A stretch of 64,000 nt of DNA from Neovahlkampfia damariscottae (Eukaryota), in assembly GCA_016618085.1 (NCBI GenBank), contig JABLTG010000040.1, positions 1-64,000 on the forward strand. The letters run 5' to 3'. The notes below the pieces were generated by a model. That model was not told the origin of the DNA, did not search any database, and worked only from the letters and a program-made list of their open reading frames with translations. Positions within the stretch are counted from its first letter, which is position 1; the number at the start of each line of letters is the position of its first letter. This document shows positions 33,320 to 46,054 of the stretch, piece by piece. The translations under genes and the position numbers were made by a program.

Positions 33320-36300
33320 TCACCATTTTATTTGTAAAGGATTAATATTAATCTTTTCTCTTTTATGATATTGAGTATGAAATAATTCTTTTGAAGTCAA
33401 TGAATAAATTTGATCTTTAACAAATTCTTTGTAAATCAATTCAGCATTCTTATTATAAAATGGATTTTGATATAAAACAGTTTCATACAAATTTTCAACA
33501 TTTTGTAAATGATCTTTTGGTTTCACAGAATTTGGATTTTTTATTTGACCTCCTCCATTTACACAACCTGAAGGACATGCCATTATCTCACAAAAATCAA
33601 ATTGAACTTTTCTTTTTAATTTTTTAACAATATTTTGTATATTTCTGAATCCATATGCTTGACAAAAAGTTAATACTTTTTCATCATTAACAATCAATGA
33701 TGTTTCTTTGTAGTCTTTATTTCTACCAACTCTATAAGTAATATCACCAACATCAGTATTGAATAATTCCTTTGATGCAAATCTAAATATAGTCTCCAAA
33801 TAACCACCTGAACCTCCTGATACTCCTAAAAGTTTTCCTTCATTTGAAATATTATTGAATATTGTATCAATTTTGGTGTTGTTCAATTCAGGAAATTTCA
33901 AATTTTTCTCTTCTAACAATGTGAATATTTCAGATGTTGTTAATACACAATCAACTTCATTTTTATCATTAACAATAAAATCTTCACGTGATGCTTCTAA
34001 TTTTTTATCATAACAAGGCATTATTGATACATGATAAATATCAGATGATTTCAAATTTAATTTTGAAGCAAAATATCTTTTTACAAGTGTTCCCATAATT
34101 TGTTGTGGACTTTTAACTTTTGATATTGAAGGAAGAATTTCAGGTGTTGTCTTTTCTGCGTAACAAATAAATCCAGGACATGCAGATGATAAAATTGGAA
34201 GTGTTTTGGATTTATAATGATCAATAAATTCATAACACATTTCTAAAAGTGAAAAATCTCTTGAAAATGATGTATCAAAAACATATTTTGCTCCTAATGA
34301 TTTGAAAAAAGTCGTCAATTTTTCATAAGTCTTTTTTTTAAAAATTAATTTTTTTTTTTGTTTTCAAACTTGTTGTGTATCAAGATTAAAATATGCTCCT
34401 ATACTTGAAATTGATTGTGGTGATATGGAAACAATGAATGTTTGATTTGAATCTATTGATTTTAAAAACTCCGAGGTTGATTGTTGGTTGACTAAAATAC
34501 TTTCCGCACTTGTAACACATCCACTACATGCTAAACAATTATGGCATATACTATTATTATCCAGTAAAAATAAATGATCACTTTCATTTGATAATGTAAA
34601 ACCAAAATATTCTTGAATATCATCAACAAACTTTCTCTTTGAACTTAAATCATCCTTAATTTTATCATAATTATCTCTTAAAATTTTAATACAAACAATT
34701 GTTGATTTTTCTGATATTTTTGTTGATCCATTTAAATACTGTCCAATGGTTGTGGAATGAACTTTTTCTAATTCTTCTGATAATTTGGACATATCTCTCA
34801 AACTATAACCAAAATTTTTGTTTTTCTTCATCAATTCTCTAATTTTATCATCTGGTAATTTTTTTAAATCTAATTTTTGTTTTTTTTCTTCAATAATAAC
34901 TGTTTGAATTTTTTCACAATGAAAATAAAATGGTTGTTGTAAGTATTCAACTTTTTTTGGTGCTTCCATTTTTTTTTTATTTGAGCCACCAATGGATGTA
35001 AATTTACCTGTTATTGAACATTTTGATAAGATATTTTGTAATGCAGAGCACATTGATAATTCAATAAAATATGCATTTTGACGAGTCACATTCAATTTAT
35101 CGATATAATTGGATCTTGTTGAAACTGATACTCTAATACCGAGTGATTTTGAAATTTTAATTATCCCATCTCTAACATTTTCATAAATTGTTGTTATATT
35201 AACTCTATTTTGTTCAATATTTAAATGACCATCTGAATCTATTAAACCAGATAAAAACCATTCTCTAACAAAAATTTCTTCCAAATGAAAATCTGTTGGT
35301 ATTGATTTGTAGTTATCTAATCCAAGTCCATATGATAATATTAAATCCCAAAAAACATTAAACTTTTTTTTATGTTGATATTTTGATGTTTCTCCAAATG
35401 ATGTGATCCATTCTTGTGATGAATTAATATCAATTGTACCACTAAAAGTATTTTTTTGATTTGGTGTTTGATGTGGTTCAATTGATGCTATCAAACCTAA
35501 ATCTTTCGAGTATTCTTGAATCCTTTCAATTTCGTCCTTATCATTGATGTTTACTGAAATACATGAATCTTTTGAATATCCGTCACCCATCCATAAACCA
35601 AAAAGCCAAGCAATTTTATGAATATTTTCTTCTTTAATTCCAAATTTTTCACATTTGCTTCTGAAGTTTCCATTTTCTATTAAAATTGGAGACCAGTTTT
35701 GAAAAGTAGCAGCTCTAACTTCACTTTGAATATACTTAACATCTTCAGCTTTAATTAACCATTTAATAGTCTTTTCTTTAGATCTTTTTTCCAACAGTGA
35801 TGTTCTAAATTCTTCAGCTTTTTCTTTTGCTCTCGTTTCACCATATTTATTATGTGAAAATGATTTCTCTCTTTTGATTACCATAGCCACTTTTTTGTCA
35901 TGAATTTGAACGTTTGAAAGTTCATAAAAATTTATGAGCTCTTTTACAAATCCACTTGAGTCTCTTGCTTGTTTAACTGCACCAATAAATTTTGGAGTTT
36001 CAACAACTAGCAAGTGTGTTGAATTACATACAAATTCTACTTTTCCGTATGATAAATCATCTTTGTGATGTGTTTTTTGTGTGATTCTATACATTACATC
36101 TTTACCATTTGTAATACTAAGAACTTTACGTGGTTTTGAATCTGGACCTAAAACTTTGTCACCTTCTTCAATGTTTTCAATTTTTTTTAAACTTCCGTCT
36201 GACATAATAACTAGTGTACCCTTTGAAAAACAATCAGATAATTCTATTTTTGTTTTTTCAAGTTTATCTTTGCTTCCATCTGAGTTTAATTGAAAAAAAT

Positions 36301-36442
36301 TTCCGTTCAAATCAATTTGTATCTCTTTCATTGAAGAATTATCATCTTTGTTAATTTTAACAGGTTTAATACATTCAAGACCTGGTGAAACATAATCATC
36401 CAAATCAATTAACTTCAAACTGCTGGAAAAATTTTCGGACAT
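33320..36442 (-). CDS. NAR1: Cytosolic Fe-S assembly factor Nar1/NARFL (iron-only hydrogenase-like) containing an intein; exons 36442-34370 and 34330-33320
   Basis: DLDDYVSPGLECIKP, KIELSD|CLACSGCVTSAESIL, PILSSACPGFICYAEKT, KSPQQIMG, IMPCYDKKLEASR, AYGFRNIQN, EIMACPSGCVNGGGQ, HTQYH, terminal W; 39-nt intron 34331-34369. Confidence 0.95.
34538..36232 (-). mobile_element. Intein (565 aa) with LAGLIDADG homing endonuclease, VMA1/PI-SceI-like
   Basis: Block A CFSKGTLVIMSDGSLKKIENIEEGDKVLG, block B FVCNSTHLLVV, block C WLFGLWMGDG, block E FLSGLIDSDG, blocks F/G YFGFTLSNESDHLFLLDNNSICHN followed by Cys+1. Removal restores LSDCLACSGC. Confidence 0.95.
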
Positions 36443-36811
36443 GGTTGACCAATCAACAGAAGCGCGGAATTTTTGAATAAATCCGATAAAATGAAAAATT
36501 AATTTGAAAAAAGTAAACAATAATGGTTGTAAAAGAGTAATTCAATCGGAGAAACTGATCAAAAAAATATAGAAAATTGTTAATTTTGTTCACATTTCAA
36601 AGCTCTCATTTCATCTGAAAACAAATTCTGGACTCAATTTTTTTTTTGGAATTGTTACATGATTCAAAAGGTGATGCATCAAGAAATTTTCTGCCTTCTC
36701 AAACCTTAAATTGAAAAAATAAATTCGATTGACCAATCAGAAAAAACAGCCAATCATATTGCCAAGAATTTAGTATAAATTCAGATGACGTGATGGCAGT
36801 GAACAAAAACA

Positions 36812-37279
36812 ATGTACTCGTTGCCATCAGACCTTTGGGGTGAAGTAACTTTTGAAAAAGTTCAAGTGACAAAAGCAACACAAAGACGTTCAAAAAAATC
36901 ACCTCTACGATCAACTCGCTCAAATAGTTCAACATCAAACGACGAAAACTTATTCAAAACTGAAATTTGCAAAGCTTGGGAACTGGGCGAAGAATGTACT
37001 TTTGGGGACAAGTGTCAATATGCCCATGGGATAGAAGAACTGCGTGGAAAAGATCGTCATCAAAAGTACAAAACATCACTTTGCAAAGGCTACCATGAAG
37101 ATGGACATTGTCCTTATGGTTCTAGATGCTCTTTTATCCACGGAGAACCTTTTATCCCAAAAGATGGTGCCAAAAAAAAACGACTTGCTTGCTTTCGTAA
37201 ACTGACTCCTTTTGATGAATGTTTTCCAACTGACAATGTATCATCAGTTTTACCACAACTGAAAAACATGGAAATTTAA
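36812..37279 (+). CDS. Tristetraprolin/ZFP36-family tandem CCCH mRNA-decay protein
   Basis: LFKTEICKAW...CTFGDKCQYAHG..ELR...RHQKYKTSLC...GHCPYGSRCSFIH and RLACFRKL (NOT1-binding-like). Confidence 0.9.
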   Translation: MYSLPSDLWGEVTFEKVQVTKATQRRSKKSPLRSTRSNSSTSNDENLFKTEICKAWELGEECTFGDKCQYAHGIEELRGKDRHQKYKTSLCKGYHEDGHCPYGSRCSFIHGEPFIPKDGAKKKRLACFRKLTPFDECFPTDNVSSVLPQLKNMEI

Positions 37280-37339
37280 AATGTAAAACACTAAACCTTC
37301 ATATTATAAATAAAAATTTTGTATTACTAAATTTGAGTT

Positions 37340-38762
37340 TTATTGTTTTTCGTCTTTGGTTTCTTGTTTTTTCATTGATTTATGAGATGGTCTCAACCAA
37401 AAACGAACATAATTATCAGAACAAACTGTGACTAAATAATCTTCAAGAGCTAAAATATCACCAATTGGAGAGTTATGAATTCTTCGAGTAACTATTGGTT
37501 CAAATGAAATTACTTGATCCATTGAAAGTGCTGGAACCAAAATTGGTCCATTTTCTTGAGTTTTAATATTTCCAGCTTTTAAGAGGTTAATGATTTCTTC
37601 ATTTTCTTCTAATTCATTTATGTCTTCAATTTCCCAAAAAGACATTATTCCATCTTGTCCAACTGACACAATACGATATCGATCATCTTTACATTCATAT
37701 GAATCAAATATTACACTTGAAATATTTCCTTCATGTCCTGAAATACCCCTTGCAATTAAGCATTCATTTTTTAAACTAAAAATAGAAACTAAATCGTCTT
37801 CGCTTCCAGCAACAATATACTGATCATTTAAACTCCATGAAGATGTTAAAAATCCACCAAAATATGATTTAAACATAATAATTTGACTATGAAACTATTA
37901 AATTCGTGAAATATTATTTACTTGAAACTTGAATCCAAAATGTGCAATTCTCCTGATAAAGTAGAAATTGAAATATATTCATAATTTGAAGAATAAATCA
38001 CATCTAAAAATTCAGTTACTAAAATTCAAAACTAACGATTTATGCATTCATTGTGAAACGCTATTTTAGAAATTGGATTTGTTTTTGATTTTTTATTATG
38101 AAAAACTTGATATCTAATATCATGAATGATTTTAAATGTAATTACCTTGATGTTATTTTTTCTGTTATTTGTGATTCCTTTGTAAAAGATTTGTTGTACA
38201 AATAAATGTTTCCATTTGAATGTGAAACTAAAAATTGTTCATCTTTTGACCAAGCAATTGAAGTAACAGGTTTACTATCTATTGACCTTTCTTTATTCAA
38301 TTTTGTTATTGAACTATCACGATAGTCACCCTTGGTTATCAATGAAGAATGTAAAACTAAATCACCTGAAGCAAAACCTATTAATATTTCAACTCTATTT
38401 TCATAGTTTGTTCTATATTTATGACATGTTATAACACCAGAAGAACAATCCAAAGATAAAACAGGATTCTAAAAAAAATTAAAGAATTTAAATATTTGAC
38501 CTTTTGTTCATGGAGCAAATTGTAAACATAAATTTTTTTTGAACTATTTTGTGAGAGCAAAAATTTTGATTCTATTTCACTTGAAAATGTTTCAAAAAAA
38601 AAGTAAAATAAAAAACCTGTCTGTTTTGGCGTGTTGAATAATATTTTGATGAAGACTGAATGTTTTTGGTGGAATTGTATTCTTGTTTACATTTTTTTCT
38701 GATTTTTTTAATTCAAAATCAAGTTTATAATATCCTTCTGGAGTTTTGAAAGTGGTCTTCAT
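37340..38762 (-). CDS. WD40 protein, WDR20/DMWD-like
   Basis: FKTPEGYYKL start, ILIGFASG, KSYFGGFLTSSWS..DQYIVAGSEDDLVSIF, YRIVSVGQDG; multi-exon. Confidence 0.8.
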
Positions 38763-38805
38763 CAAGATAAATAGATGAAAATGATTGGATAAAAAAATCA
38801 ACTAT

Positions 38806-40955
38806 TTATTCATATTTTTCATGAACAATAACCAAATTAATCGAATATAGTTGATCATCAGCAATAGATAATAATTGATCATCCTCAAATGATTCACTTT
38901 TTCTTCTTGGAAATATTTTGTTAATAGTAAATGACATTTGATGTTGAATTTGATTCTTCAATGCACCAATTCTAAACTCATCATCATCATCAGGTTCCTC
39001 TTCATTGTCAAGATCAATCAATTTACTTTTTTGTTCTTTTTTAATGATATCTCTTATGATCATCTCATTTGCTTTTTTGTATCTTTCTTCAAAAACGGAA
39101 TCATTTTGACTTGAACCACCAGCAACAAGTTCAACCAATTTTGGTATCAATGGCATTAATCCAGACAAAGCATACTTTAAAGTTGATTCCCATTGAAATT
39201 GATCATCACCAATGAACATTGCAATCCCAAGAAAATACAATGCGATGATTGTAATTTGAAGTGTTGTAAATTGTATAACATCACGATAATGTGTTGAAAA
39301 ATTAATATAATCACAAATTTTATAATAATCACTCCATTTCATTGGTAAATAAAATATCTTTTGAATTCCATCTTCAAGTGAAATTTGCTCTTCATTTAAT
39401 TGTTTAATTTCATCCAAACTCTTTGAACCATTCGCAACTAATTTATCACGAACTCTATTGAAAGGTTTTAATAAACTTCCATGACAATCATATAAAATAA
39501 AAACAATTGTGAAAAATGTTAAATAAAAAGTTAAACTTTCTGGATATATTAACAATGCAGAAATATTATACCAAAATAAATCACAAATTTCATTGGAAGC
39601 AATATATGATGAAAATATTAAAAATAATAAAATGAAGCTTTCAATCAATATACTGAGGAATGAATTCAAAAAATATCCAAAATAATCATTTGATGTCAAA
39701 CTCAAATCTCTATGACTCTCATTGAACATTCTATCCTCTATTTTAAATAATAAGTAATCTTCAAATTGAACAAAAAATAAATAAACGGAAATTAAAAAGA
39801 ATAAAATTGCAGTGATATCTGTCAAATAACTATTATCAAAAACTTCCATTAGTGTAGCTAATCCATAAATTGTGATATTTAAAAGAAATCCACAAGTGAT
39901 TATTAAAATTCCCCTTGCTATTCGAATTCCAATTTTCGGTTTTTTTTTTATTCTCTTTTTAAATCTAATTTTGAAAATTATGGAAACAAAATTAAGAATA
40001 AAGAAAATGATAATCGGTATAATTCTTTCTAATCTTGAAAATCTTGGTCTAAAAGAATCAAATCCTTCAAATTCAGGCCAATTTCTTGGTGCCAATGCCC
40101 ATAAAAATGAAAATGATAAAATCATAAACAATAGAAATATCAATGAAGCTAAATGATTCGATGATCTTCCTTTGTATTTTGGAAATATTAATTTATATAG
40201 TCCAACTGGATTTGACCATGAATTTGTGACAAATGATTGATATTCGGAATGTTGATGATATTTTGTTAAAGTGATATAAATCAAATAAACAAATAGAAAA
40301 GTCAACCAAATCTGTAGAAATTCTAAAACTTCTTGAGTCACTAAATAAACCATCGGTTCTGTTTCAAGACCACAAGACAATTGATTATCACAACAATACA
40401 AATAATCTTCATTTCTTTGAGTATGAAACAATAATGATGACCAATCAGATAAACTTGAATCAAAAAATCTTGACAATGAAACATTATTACTTTTTGATGT
40501 GCAAACATATAAAGTGTCCTTGTATGCACCTATAATACTTGACTAAGAGTTTTAAAAAAAATGAAATATACGTTTTTGAAAATATAGGACATAAACCAGT
40601 CATTATTTCTTGTTTCAGTTCTTTGTTCATGACCACATATTTTTCCAGTAATGTTTGGTTTTGTCACATAAAATGATTTTGCGAATAAACCAGCAGTGTG
40701 AAAATTAAATGAAGGTCTGACTAGAAATAATTGCTTACTAGAAAGTATTATATAGTCTTGAAATGGAATAGCATGTTCTTTGTAATTTGGTATCATTATT
40801 CGAATGACTTTCAATTTTGGAAAATTCCTTTGAATGAGTTTTTGTGTTGGTGATTCAAAAGTAAATGAACAAGTAGTTGCATTGAATTGTTGAGAAGTGT
40901 TGTTGATTAATGATAAAAATATACAGCTTATAAACAACAACCACTTCGACTCCAT
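38806..40955 (-). CDS. Uncharacterised signal-peptide, multi-pass membrane protein
   Basis: Signal peptide, Cys-containing ectodomain, many hydrophobic segments; a short intron near 40545-40572 joins the two ORFs in frame. Confidence 0.6.
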
Positions 40956-41023
40956 GAAAACTTTGAGTTGTCCAATGACAAATGAACTTTAACCGAAAAT
41001 TAAAAAGGAAAATTTTTATTTGT

Positions 41024-43734
41024 TTATTCAGAACCAACATCAACTGTAGTTTGTTTCATCACATATTCAAAGGATAAAGGTTCAAATAAATGACCTTGAC
41101 CACCATAAAATTTACTTTGAAATTCGACCCAATGAAGACGAAGTGAATGAAGAAAAGCTGAAAGAGTTTCCATCATTAATAAAACACCAATTGATAAAAG
41201 AATCCAAAGAGTATAAGCTAAAAATACTGGAATACCTGAATAATCTAAGATTGCAATAACAATTTTGTTATCACCAATGAGAGCACCTAAACTTAAAGAT
41301 AACTTGACAGTCAATTGAAAGAATACTTCTGAAAGTTGAGCATGAGCCAATGAAAGAGCCCAAAGACGAAGATATGAAGCAGTATTTGAAACTGAATTTA
41401 AAGTAAATTCAATTGTATGAATAATATGATGAATTACAGTTTCTTGTACATTAAATTCTTCTTCTTCTTCTTCATGATGTCCTTCATGATGTCTTTCTCC
41501 TTCTGAATCTGAATGTTCATCATGTTGATGAAGAAGTGCATCATCTGATTTTACATCATCATGATGTTCTGAACCACTATGATCTGGACCATGAGCATCA
41601 TTACCTGCAAATGAAACTTTTGTTGGTTTTCTTTTTTTCATTTGTTTTGAACATCCAATTGCAATTTCATAAATTGTTCCTGGGAATAATAAAAGTGGAA
41701 TACATCCAGCAAATATTAATAATAATGTAATTTGAACAAATTCTTGACCTCCATAAAGTTTATGTGTAATTGCATCAAATGGATGAAGGAAAAAGTTTGT
41801 CATTGTTTGTAATAAATCAGGAGCAACTGCACTATATTCAATCCATGGAATACACCATTTAAAAATAATCATGAAACTTAAATATCCAAAACTACAACTT
41901 AAAATTAAAAATTCAGGAATTGCTTCCATAAAGATGTATGCATATTTTCTGAAATGTAAAAAGTTCAAAAATTTTAAAATAATTCCAATTAACATATGTA
42001 AGACACCAAAAACAACAGCCATTTTCATTTTAACAGAGTTATAATATAATAATTTGTTTGTTGTTTCATACCAAGCAGGATCAACACCAAATTCATATGT
42101 TCTTCCAGAGAATGAACCTTTACCATGACCATCAAATGTATATCTTGAACCAAATAAATTTAATACAAAACCAAAACAATCATTATAAAGAAATCCTGTG
42201 TAAATAGCTAAAGTACCCATCATTAATAATAAATATCTTCCTTGATAAAGCATGATTAACATTTCATTTGATTCCATTGTTTTTTTTAATGGTTTTTCAA
42301 ATACAACTAATCCTAATGAAAAAAGGAATAACATAATAGCATGTCCTATATCACCAAACATAACAGCAAATAAAAATGGAAATGTAACCATTGTAATTGG
42401 TGCTGGATTAATTTCTTTATATGATGGAATAGCATATGCATTAACCATATCTTGAAAAACTGCTGTAACTTTGTTTGTTTCAAAATAAGTTGGTGGTGTT
42501 TCTTTTGATTGAACTTCTTCAAGAAAAGTTCCAACTTGAACATTTGATGTTTTTTCTGCAAGTGTAATTTCTTTTTTAAATTCTTCAATTTTCTTTTTTG
42601 GTAACCAACATTGAGCAATTGCTGATCCTTGAACTCTATAATCAAATTTATTCATTATGTCAAATGTAACTTTTTCAATAGCGATCATTTTTTTCCAACG
42701 ATCAATTTTTGATGAAATTTCAGAAAGAATATTTCTATATCTTTCACTAGCTGAATCAATTGTCTATTTAAAAAAAAAAAGAATTAGAATTAGAATTTTG
42801 TTTTACATCTATTAATTGTTTAACATTTTCTTCTTGTTTTTGTGTTTCACCCATAATGTCTTGTCTTGGATAATCATGTATACTTGCTCCAATTGTTTCA
42901 CAAATTTTTGTAATTTTTTCTTTTGTTTTTTTTGCAGTGAAAAAAACAACAAAAACGATTTTTTCAACTTTTTTTTTATAAAAAGGATCATAAATCATTG
43001 AACTTGCTTCAACTGTTTTGAGAATCATATTACCTCTTGTAGCACGATATAAAAGCATTTGAAATGTATTTAACTTTTAAAGATTTGTTAAAAATGTTTA
43101 AACATACTTTTTCTGCCATGATACATCCAGTTATAAATCCAACAAAACCTTCTGAAACATCCGGAATTGTACCTGTTTGTGGTTCTTCAGAAATAACTTC
43201 TTCTTCTTGTGAATTAATATTTCTAGAATTTGAGTTAATAAAAGGACCTGCTTTTTGAATAACTTCCAAAGATTCTTCACAGCTAGCCTTTTTTTAAAAA
43301 ACTTTTAACTTTTTTTTTTGTCATACTTTTTGTTCTTCTAATTGTTGAAGATTACTGGTTAAAAGTTTAAGTTCACTTTCTTTTTTTTCAAATTCAGATT
43401 CTAATTCTTCCATTGAAACTTCAGTGTTTTTAATGAGATGTAAATCATTTTCAACTAAAATGTCAAATACATATTCTTTTTTTTTAAATAATTCTTCGAA
43501 ATATCTGACATGTTGATCAAGAACTTCTAACTCTTTAATTTTTGGTGCGTATTTTCTTGAAAATGCAGGTAAATGTTGAGATAACTTTGGCAAAGTGAAT
43601 AAATTAAATTTACTTACATCTCTGAATTGGACAAAACCCAATTCACCTAAGCGTGATACGGTATCATGTACCGCTTCTTTTTGTAAAAGAAGTTGCAACA
43701 AAATCATGTCCTCTGATCTCCAAAGTGAACCCAT
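41024..43734 (-). CDS. VPH1: V-type ATPase V0 subunit a
   Basis: MGSLWRSEDM, LYRATRGN, PPTYF, YKEINPA..TFPFLFAVMFGDIGH, NSVKMKM, SNTASYLRLWALSLAHAQLS, LRLHWVEFQSKFY. Confidence 0.95.
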
Positions 43735-43850
43735 TGTTTCTTTTCTTTATTCAATTCGGGAGAGTTGACCAATGGGATAACATCTCGAAAGTGATTGGTT
43801 AAAAATAATACTTGGTAAAATTTTTATTTGTGAAAAAGTGATTTACGAAT

Positions 43851-45974
43851 CTATTTTTCACCACCTTCATCATAAATGTCAATATATTCTGATCCCATAG
43901 TTTTTAAATATTCCATTGCATAATCAAATTCTTGTTTTTTTTTCTCTTCAGTCCAATTCAATTCTTCACTCTAATTTTCATTAAAAAAAGATTGAAATCA
44001 AACCATAATATCAATAACTTTAGGTAAAACTTGATAAGTTGCTTTGGTGTCCAAAAATGCCAATCTCATTCTTCTGGCCAAAACATCAATACAAGTTAAA
44101 GCGTATTCATTTCTAATAGAATATATAATTTCTGACTCTAAATAAGGATGATCATTATGTAATTTCTTTATATTTGAATTGGTTTCCAAAACTTTCAATG
44201 CTTTTGTACCATAGTTATGTGATAAATGTTGTGAAACTTTCCTTGAAAGATTATATTTTCTTCCAATTTCAACAAAATAAGTTTCATTCCAATCTTCACT
44301 ACCTATCAATTTTTCATATTGAGTACGACATTTTCCTGTTGGACTCAAATTGAAATTTTTAATTGCTGAATCAATCACATCTTCAGCAATTTTTCTATAA
44401 GTTGTCCATTTTCCTCCTGCAACTGAAATTAAACCAGAATTTTGATTAATTTCAATTTCATGATTTCTGGAAAGTGATTGAGTATTCTTTTTCGATAAAT
44501 CTTTGACCAAAGGTCTCTGATGGTAATATTAAAATTAGATTATTTTTTGTTTTACAATTCCAGTCCAAATACTCTTTGCATCTTTTTGAGAAAATTCAAT
44601 TTTTGAATTTCCCAAATATTTTGATGTTTCTTTAATCAAATAATCAATTTCAGCTTGAGTAGGTGAAACCAATTCTGGAACGTCTTTGATTGGTGTATCA
44701 GTAGTACCAACAATTACACTAGATTCCCATGGCAAGAAGAATAAAACTCTTCCATCTGATGTCTTTGGTTCTAAAAATCCATATTTTGATGATAATAATA
44801 AATTTGAAAAAATTAAATGAACACCTGTTGAAGGTGAAATAACATTCTCAACTGTTTCATCATCCATTTTTCTAATTGAATCAGAAAAAGGACCAGTTGC
44901 ATTAATAACAACTTTTGATTTAATTGAATATTCTTCACCTGAAATCTTGTCTTTTACTTTGACTCCATTCACTTTTCCTTCTTCATTTTTTGATATTTCT
45001 GTTACTTCTGTATGATTCACAATTGATGCTCCAAGTACTGCTGATGTTATTGCTAAACTAACATTCATTCTTGAATCATTGTGTTGTCCATCATAATAAA
45101 CCATTCCTCCGAGTAAATTTGGTTGAATCAATGGCATCTCTTCTAAAATTTTTCTTTTGGAAATGAAATAACTTGAAGTTAAACCTTTTGAACCTGCAAA
45201 TAAATCATACAGTTTTGAACCTACATAGTAATAAGGAACTTCAAAAATTGTTCTTTAGAAACGTTTAAAAAAAAATTAATTTCACTTTAATGGCAAGATG
45301 GTTGGTATTTCATTTGTCAAATGTGGTGCAATTTCAAGAAATGTTGCTCTTTCTGCAAGTGCTTCTCTAACTAATGAAAATTCTTCCATGTCCAAATTCA
45401 AAAATGCTTTTTGATGGATTTTAAATTGATAAAAAATATATACCTCTTTCTAAATATCTAACTCCTCCATGAACAAGTTTTGTACTTTTTGATGATGTTC
45501 CACTTGAAAAATCATCTTGAAAAAAAATGAATAAAAAAACCAACAAAAAAAAATACCTCTTTCAACCAATCCAACTTTTAAACCTCTTGAACAAAATTAA
45601 ATAAATAAAATGATCACACCTCGTAACAGCATCTAAGCATGCTCCTAAATTGATTAATTTCATTACATTTATATGCACAAACCTGTTCCAACGCTTCCTA
45701 TTTTATTTTTTAGTTCAAATTGACTGTAGAAGTACCTCCTCCTATTAAATTTGGATTCAGTTGAAATAATTGATTTACCAATGATTAAAATATCAAATTC
45801 TTCTTTTTTTAAATTTTTTACATGTTCTTCTCTGGTTGGAAGTTCTGGTAACTTTTCCAATGGTTCCGGTTTTTTTTTTAAACTTGGCATTCCGATCCAA
45901 TTGACACCAATTGCTGTAGTTATCAATAATGAAGAACCTAGGAAAATTTTGTTGCGAACTATTCTCTTCAACAT
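43851..45974 (-). CDS. GPD2: Mitochondrial FAD-dependent glycerol-3-phosphate dehydrogenase
   Basis: Micro-exon-assembled FDILIIGGGSVGTGACLDAVTRGLKVGLVERDDFSSGTSSKSTKLVHGGVRYLE; YYDGQHNDSRMN, VINATGPFSD, AGGKWTTYR, DVLARRMRLAFLD. Confidence 0.92.
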
Positions 45975-46054
45975 TTTTAATCGGTAAAGGTACTTTGCTA
46001 TTGGACAATTTATCGGAAAGTTGGTTGTTGTTAAAATTTATCAAAGGAAAATAT

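Noticed and set aside
33320..34330. [FeFe]-hydrogenase call
   Set aside because: The N-terminal DLDDY..P..ECIKP, the CLACSGC motif, the single-Cys SACPG and the terminal Trp identify Nar1/NARFL, not an active hydrogenase.
35790..35900. AP2-like segment KSFSHNKYGETRAKEKAEEFR inside the intein
   Set aside because: It lies where the PI-SceI DNA-recognition region is expected, so it is not reported as a separate domain without structural evidence.
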